Of a stretch of 38,194 bases of DNA, positions 36,154-38,194 are shown one piece after another; the stretch's first letter is position 1, and each line of letters starts with the position of its first letter. The position numbers were made by a program, and so were the translations under genes. This DNA is from Perkinsus chesapeaki ATCC PRA-425 (Eukaryota; Protista; Perkinsozoa). Location: the NCBI GenBank assembly GCA_013115145.1, contig JAAPAO010000339.1, positions 1 through 38,194 on the forward strand, read 5' to 3'. The notes beneath the pieces are model-generated. The model had not been told where the DNA came from, made no database searches, and worked only from the letters and a program-made list of their open reading frames with translations.

Positions 36154-37240
36154 CAGGGCTCGTATGCGGATCCTGATTCCCGACTCACCCCAGTTGAGTT
36201 AGCTCAACCTGTGAGTTAGACTCATGAGCTTACTCAACGTGTGATTCACTGAATCTGAGCTTGAGTCGCTGATTCTGAGTCACTGAGGTGAATCATGAGT
36301 CTGAGTCGCTAACTCTGAGACAAACAATCAAATCTTGAGTTAGAATCAGAGTCATTGAATCAGCTCACTCACTCAATCAAACTCTTGATTCGATACAGCT
36401 AATCATGAGACAGTGGCTCAGAGTTTGAGTCATAGACGCAAGATCAGAGTCAGCGAATCGCTCCTTGAGACAATGACTCGCAACTCAAGCACCTCATGAG
36501 CTGACTCGAGAGCCGACTCAAGAATTTGATTCACACACTCGCTGATTCACTGAATCACACACGTTTCAGTACTAAATTATGTACCGGGGGTTTTCGTGGA
36601 CGGCACAGACTCAGAGTCTGATTCACCACCCGATTCGGTGACTTAGCGCTCGCCCAAATTCAGCGACCTGTCACAGGACTCTGTTCAACAGGATCTGTTC
36701 AACGCTGTCGTGAATCGCGTATCTCTATCCAAGTAGTTCCCGCAACCCCCTAATATGACTACCTACCTCTCAAAATGCGCTGTGTAGGATTGCTTGGGTC
36801 GAAGTACATGATGGCGAAATCAGTTTTTATCGCATCCATTTTAGGGTCGGAACGCGGTGGCATCAAAGTACAGTAACTTCAACATCTTGATTGAAAGTAC
36901 CAAGTATGGGAACTCATAAAAATTGTATCGTGTACAACGCAAAATTACAAAGTGAAATAATAGTGTAAAATGCCTGTGCCGGGGATCGAACCTGCATCGC
37001 AGGAGGTCGAATCGGATTCAGTGTCTCTGAGTGAGATTCCCCGAATCCGTTAGTGATTCGCCGAATCTGATTGGGTAATTCATGCGTTGAGTAACTCATT
37101 CGGTGATTCAGTGATGATTCGTTAGATCTGAGTTGAAGCGGGGGAATCTGAGTAGAGAATCAGTGAAATCGGAGGATCAACTCACTGTGTGATTTGATTG
37201 CCTGAGCATTTACTCAAACTCAACCCTCGAATCAGGATCC
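36154..37240. mobile_element. Non-coding element with inverted ends and dense GANTC subterminal motifs (putative non-autonomous DNA transposon)
   Basis: GGATCCTGATTC (36168-36179) is the exact reverse complement of GAATCAGGATCC (37229-37240). Both arms are saturated with GANTC pentamers. Confidence 0.6.
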
Positions 37241-37456
37241 TGTTGTAGGACTCTGCGCAGTTGATGTGCATGCGTGCTATATTTGATCTATAGCTAAGCG
37301 GGCGGCGCGGTTGGTATTCGCCGGCCCTTGGCGTGTTCTTTGTTCTCGCTACACTCTCTAGCGTAAGCTACCTGCCCTCAAGACACTTCCTGTTGTGTTA
37401 ACGCATCTCAGCTCCTATTCCCTCACCTATTAACTTGTCACCCGAACCCGATAACA
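37241..37456 (+). mobile_element. 5' LTR of an LTR retrotransposon (about 216 bp)
   Basis: TGTT...AACA termini, immediately followed by a PBS and a gag ORF. The right boundary is strong; the left boundary is inferred. Confidence 0.7.
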
Positions 37457-37458
37457 TT

Positions 37459-37472
37459 TGGGGGCTGAGCCG
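37459..37472 (+). promoter_or_regulatory. Primer-binding site, tRNA-Pro-like
   Basis: TGGGGGCTGAGCCG begins 2 nt after the LTR end. It is complementary to a tRNA 3' end with CCA and a C discriminator, and resembles the tRNA-Pro PBS TGGGGGCTCGTCCGG. Confidence 0.65.
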
Positions 37473-37478
37473 AGAAAG

Positions 37479-38194
37479 ATGTCTGATGATTCTACTGGAA
37501 AGATCGAGGCCTTTACTGATAAGCTGACCCAGCTTACTGATATGGTGACTCGAATAACCGAGGTTCGTGAGGGGAAGTCTTCTGGCCCCTCCTCAGCTCC
37601 TCCTGCGAGCTTAAGGCTACCTAACATTGTTCTACCATTGTATCGGTCTACTGATGACCTGGACGATTTCCTGCATCAATTGAGGTCGATTCTTGAGACC
37701 ACAGAGACCTCAACTAAGCATTGGGTAGCCCTTCTAAAACAACAGGTTATGCAGGATAAGAGGGCGTTTGATCTGGTAAGATTAGCTGAGTCTCAGTATA
37801 AAACTGAGCTTGTTAGTGCGAAGTCTGAGGAAGACTATCGCGATTACTACAAAAAGGTTCAGAGTTTCCTGGCTTCGAAGCGTGGTAAACCTAAGGAGAA
37901 AACACTTGACCTCCTCAATCGCTTCAATATTTTGTCTCAGAACGCTGATGAGACTGTTGAAGAATTCTCTGTGAGATTCTTGGATCTCCATCATGATTTA
38001 CAGAAGTTGATCCCTAATATATATGTGGTGACTACCACTACTGCAGAGGGGACAGTGAGAACTGATGATATTCAGCTGCAACTTCAGTTTATTGTTAAGC
38101 TAAGGGAGGAGATCCGTAAGAAGATTGTTGCCCGCCAGGCCAAATATGATACCGTGCAGAGTTTAATCGAGGCGGCGCAAAGATTTGAGACCTT
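37479..38194 (+). CDS. gag: Retrotransposon Gag (capsid-like), truncated by the window end
   Basis: Uninterrupted intronless frame MSDDSTGKIEAF...LPLYRSTDDLDDFLHQL...LSQNADETVEEFSVRFLDL...QFIVKLREEIRKKI...SLIEAAQRFET, with a Q..E.V..F..RF major-homology-like motif. It is absent from the ORF track because no stop lies in the window. Confidence 0.85.
   Translation, partial: MSDDSTGKIEAFTDKLTQLTDMVTRITEVREGKSSGPSSAPPASLRLPNIVLPLYRSTDDLDDFLHQLRSILETTETSTKHWVALLKQQVMQDKRAFDLVRLAESQYKTELVSAKSEEDYRDYYKKVQSFLASKRGKPKEKTLDLLNRFNILSQNADETVEEFSVRFLDLHHDLQKLIPNIYVVTTTTAEGTVRTDDIQLQLQFIVKLREEIRKKIVARQAKYDTVQSLIEAAQRFET

Noticed and set aside
36675-37255. Mutator-like element with 9-bp TSD AGGACTCTG and CAACAGGATC inverted ends
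   Set aside because: The left 'TIR' arises from a local imperfect tandem duplication, the 9-mer contains the enriched GACTC motif, and the LTR-PBS-gag reading explains the right side better. Not fully excluded.
36967-37295. Complete or split tRNA gene
   Set aside because: The T-stem is mispaired. A 5'-like GCCCGCTTAGCT on the - strand near 37280-37292 cannot pair with the 3' acceptor strand and has no anticodon arm.
1-38194. Spliced-leader RNA gene, rRNA or prokaryotic operon
   Set aside because: I saw no SL or rRNA-like sequence by eye, and pervasive GT-AG introns rule out a prokaryotic reading. Most overlapping antisense ORFs in the track are shadows of GC-rich exons.

Overview
Eukaryotic, intron-rich, compact genomic DNA. 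The short GT-AG introns, tight intergenic gaps and gene content suggest a Perkinsus-like alveolate; this is an inference. The supplied ORF track is mostly exon fragments and antisense noise, so genes were rebuilt by hand-splicing and internal exon boundaries are approximate. From about 1.7 to 31.1 kb all genes lie on the + strand: an N-anchored hypothetical, a CDC14 phosphatase, a dually acylated Ala/Glu/Pro-rich protein, a large RCC1-repeat protein, an UBA4/MOCS3-type E1-like ThiF-rhodanese enzyme with an unusual N-terminal membrane anchor, a tandem array of three paralogues of a family I do not recognise, a GAS2/GAR-like protein and a TQ-cluster protein. Each array gene encodes three divergent internal repeats, an SH3-like domain and a ubiquitin-like C-terminal tail (LRGG, VRGG, IRGA). 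A - strand cytochrome P450 follows, then a nest of transposon pieces: a candidate 3' LTR with PPT, a GANTC-saturated inverted-repeat element, and the 5' LTR, PBS and gag of an LTR retrotransposon that runs off the window. The most striking observation is the RGG-tailed triple-repeat/SH3 array directly downstream of the E1-like gene. A functional link between them is only a hypothesis.
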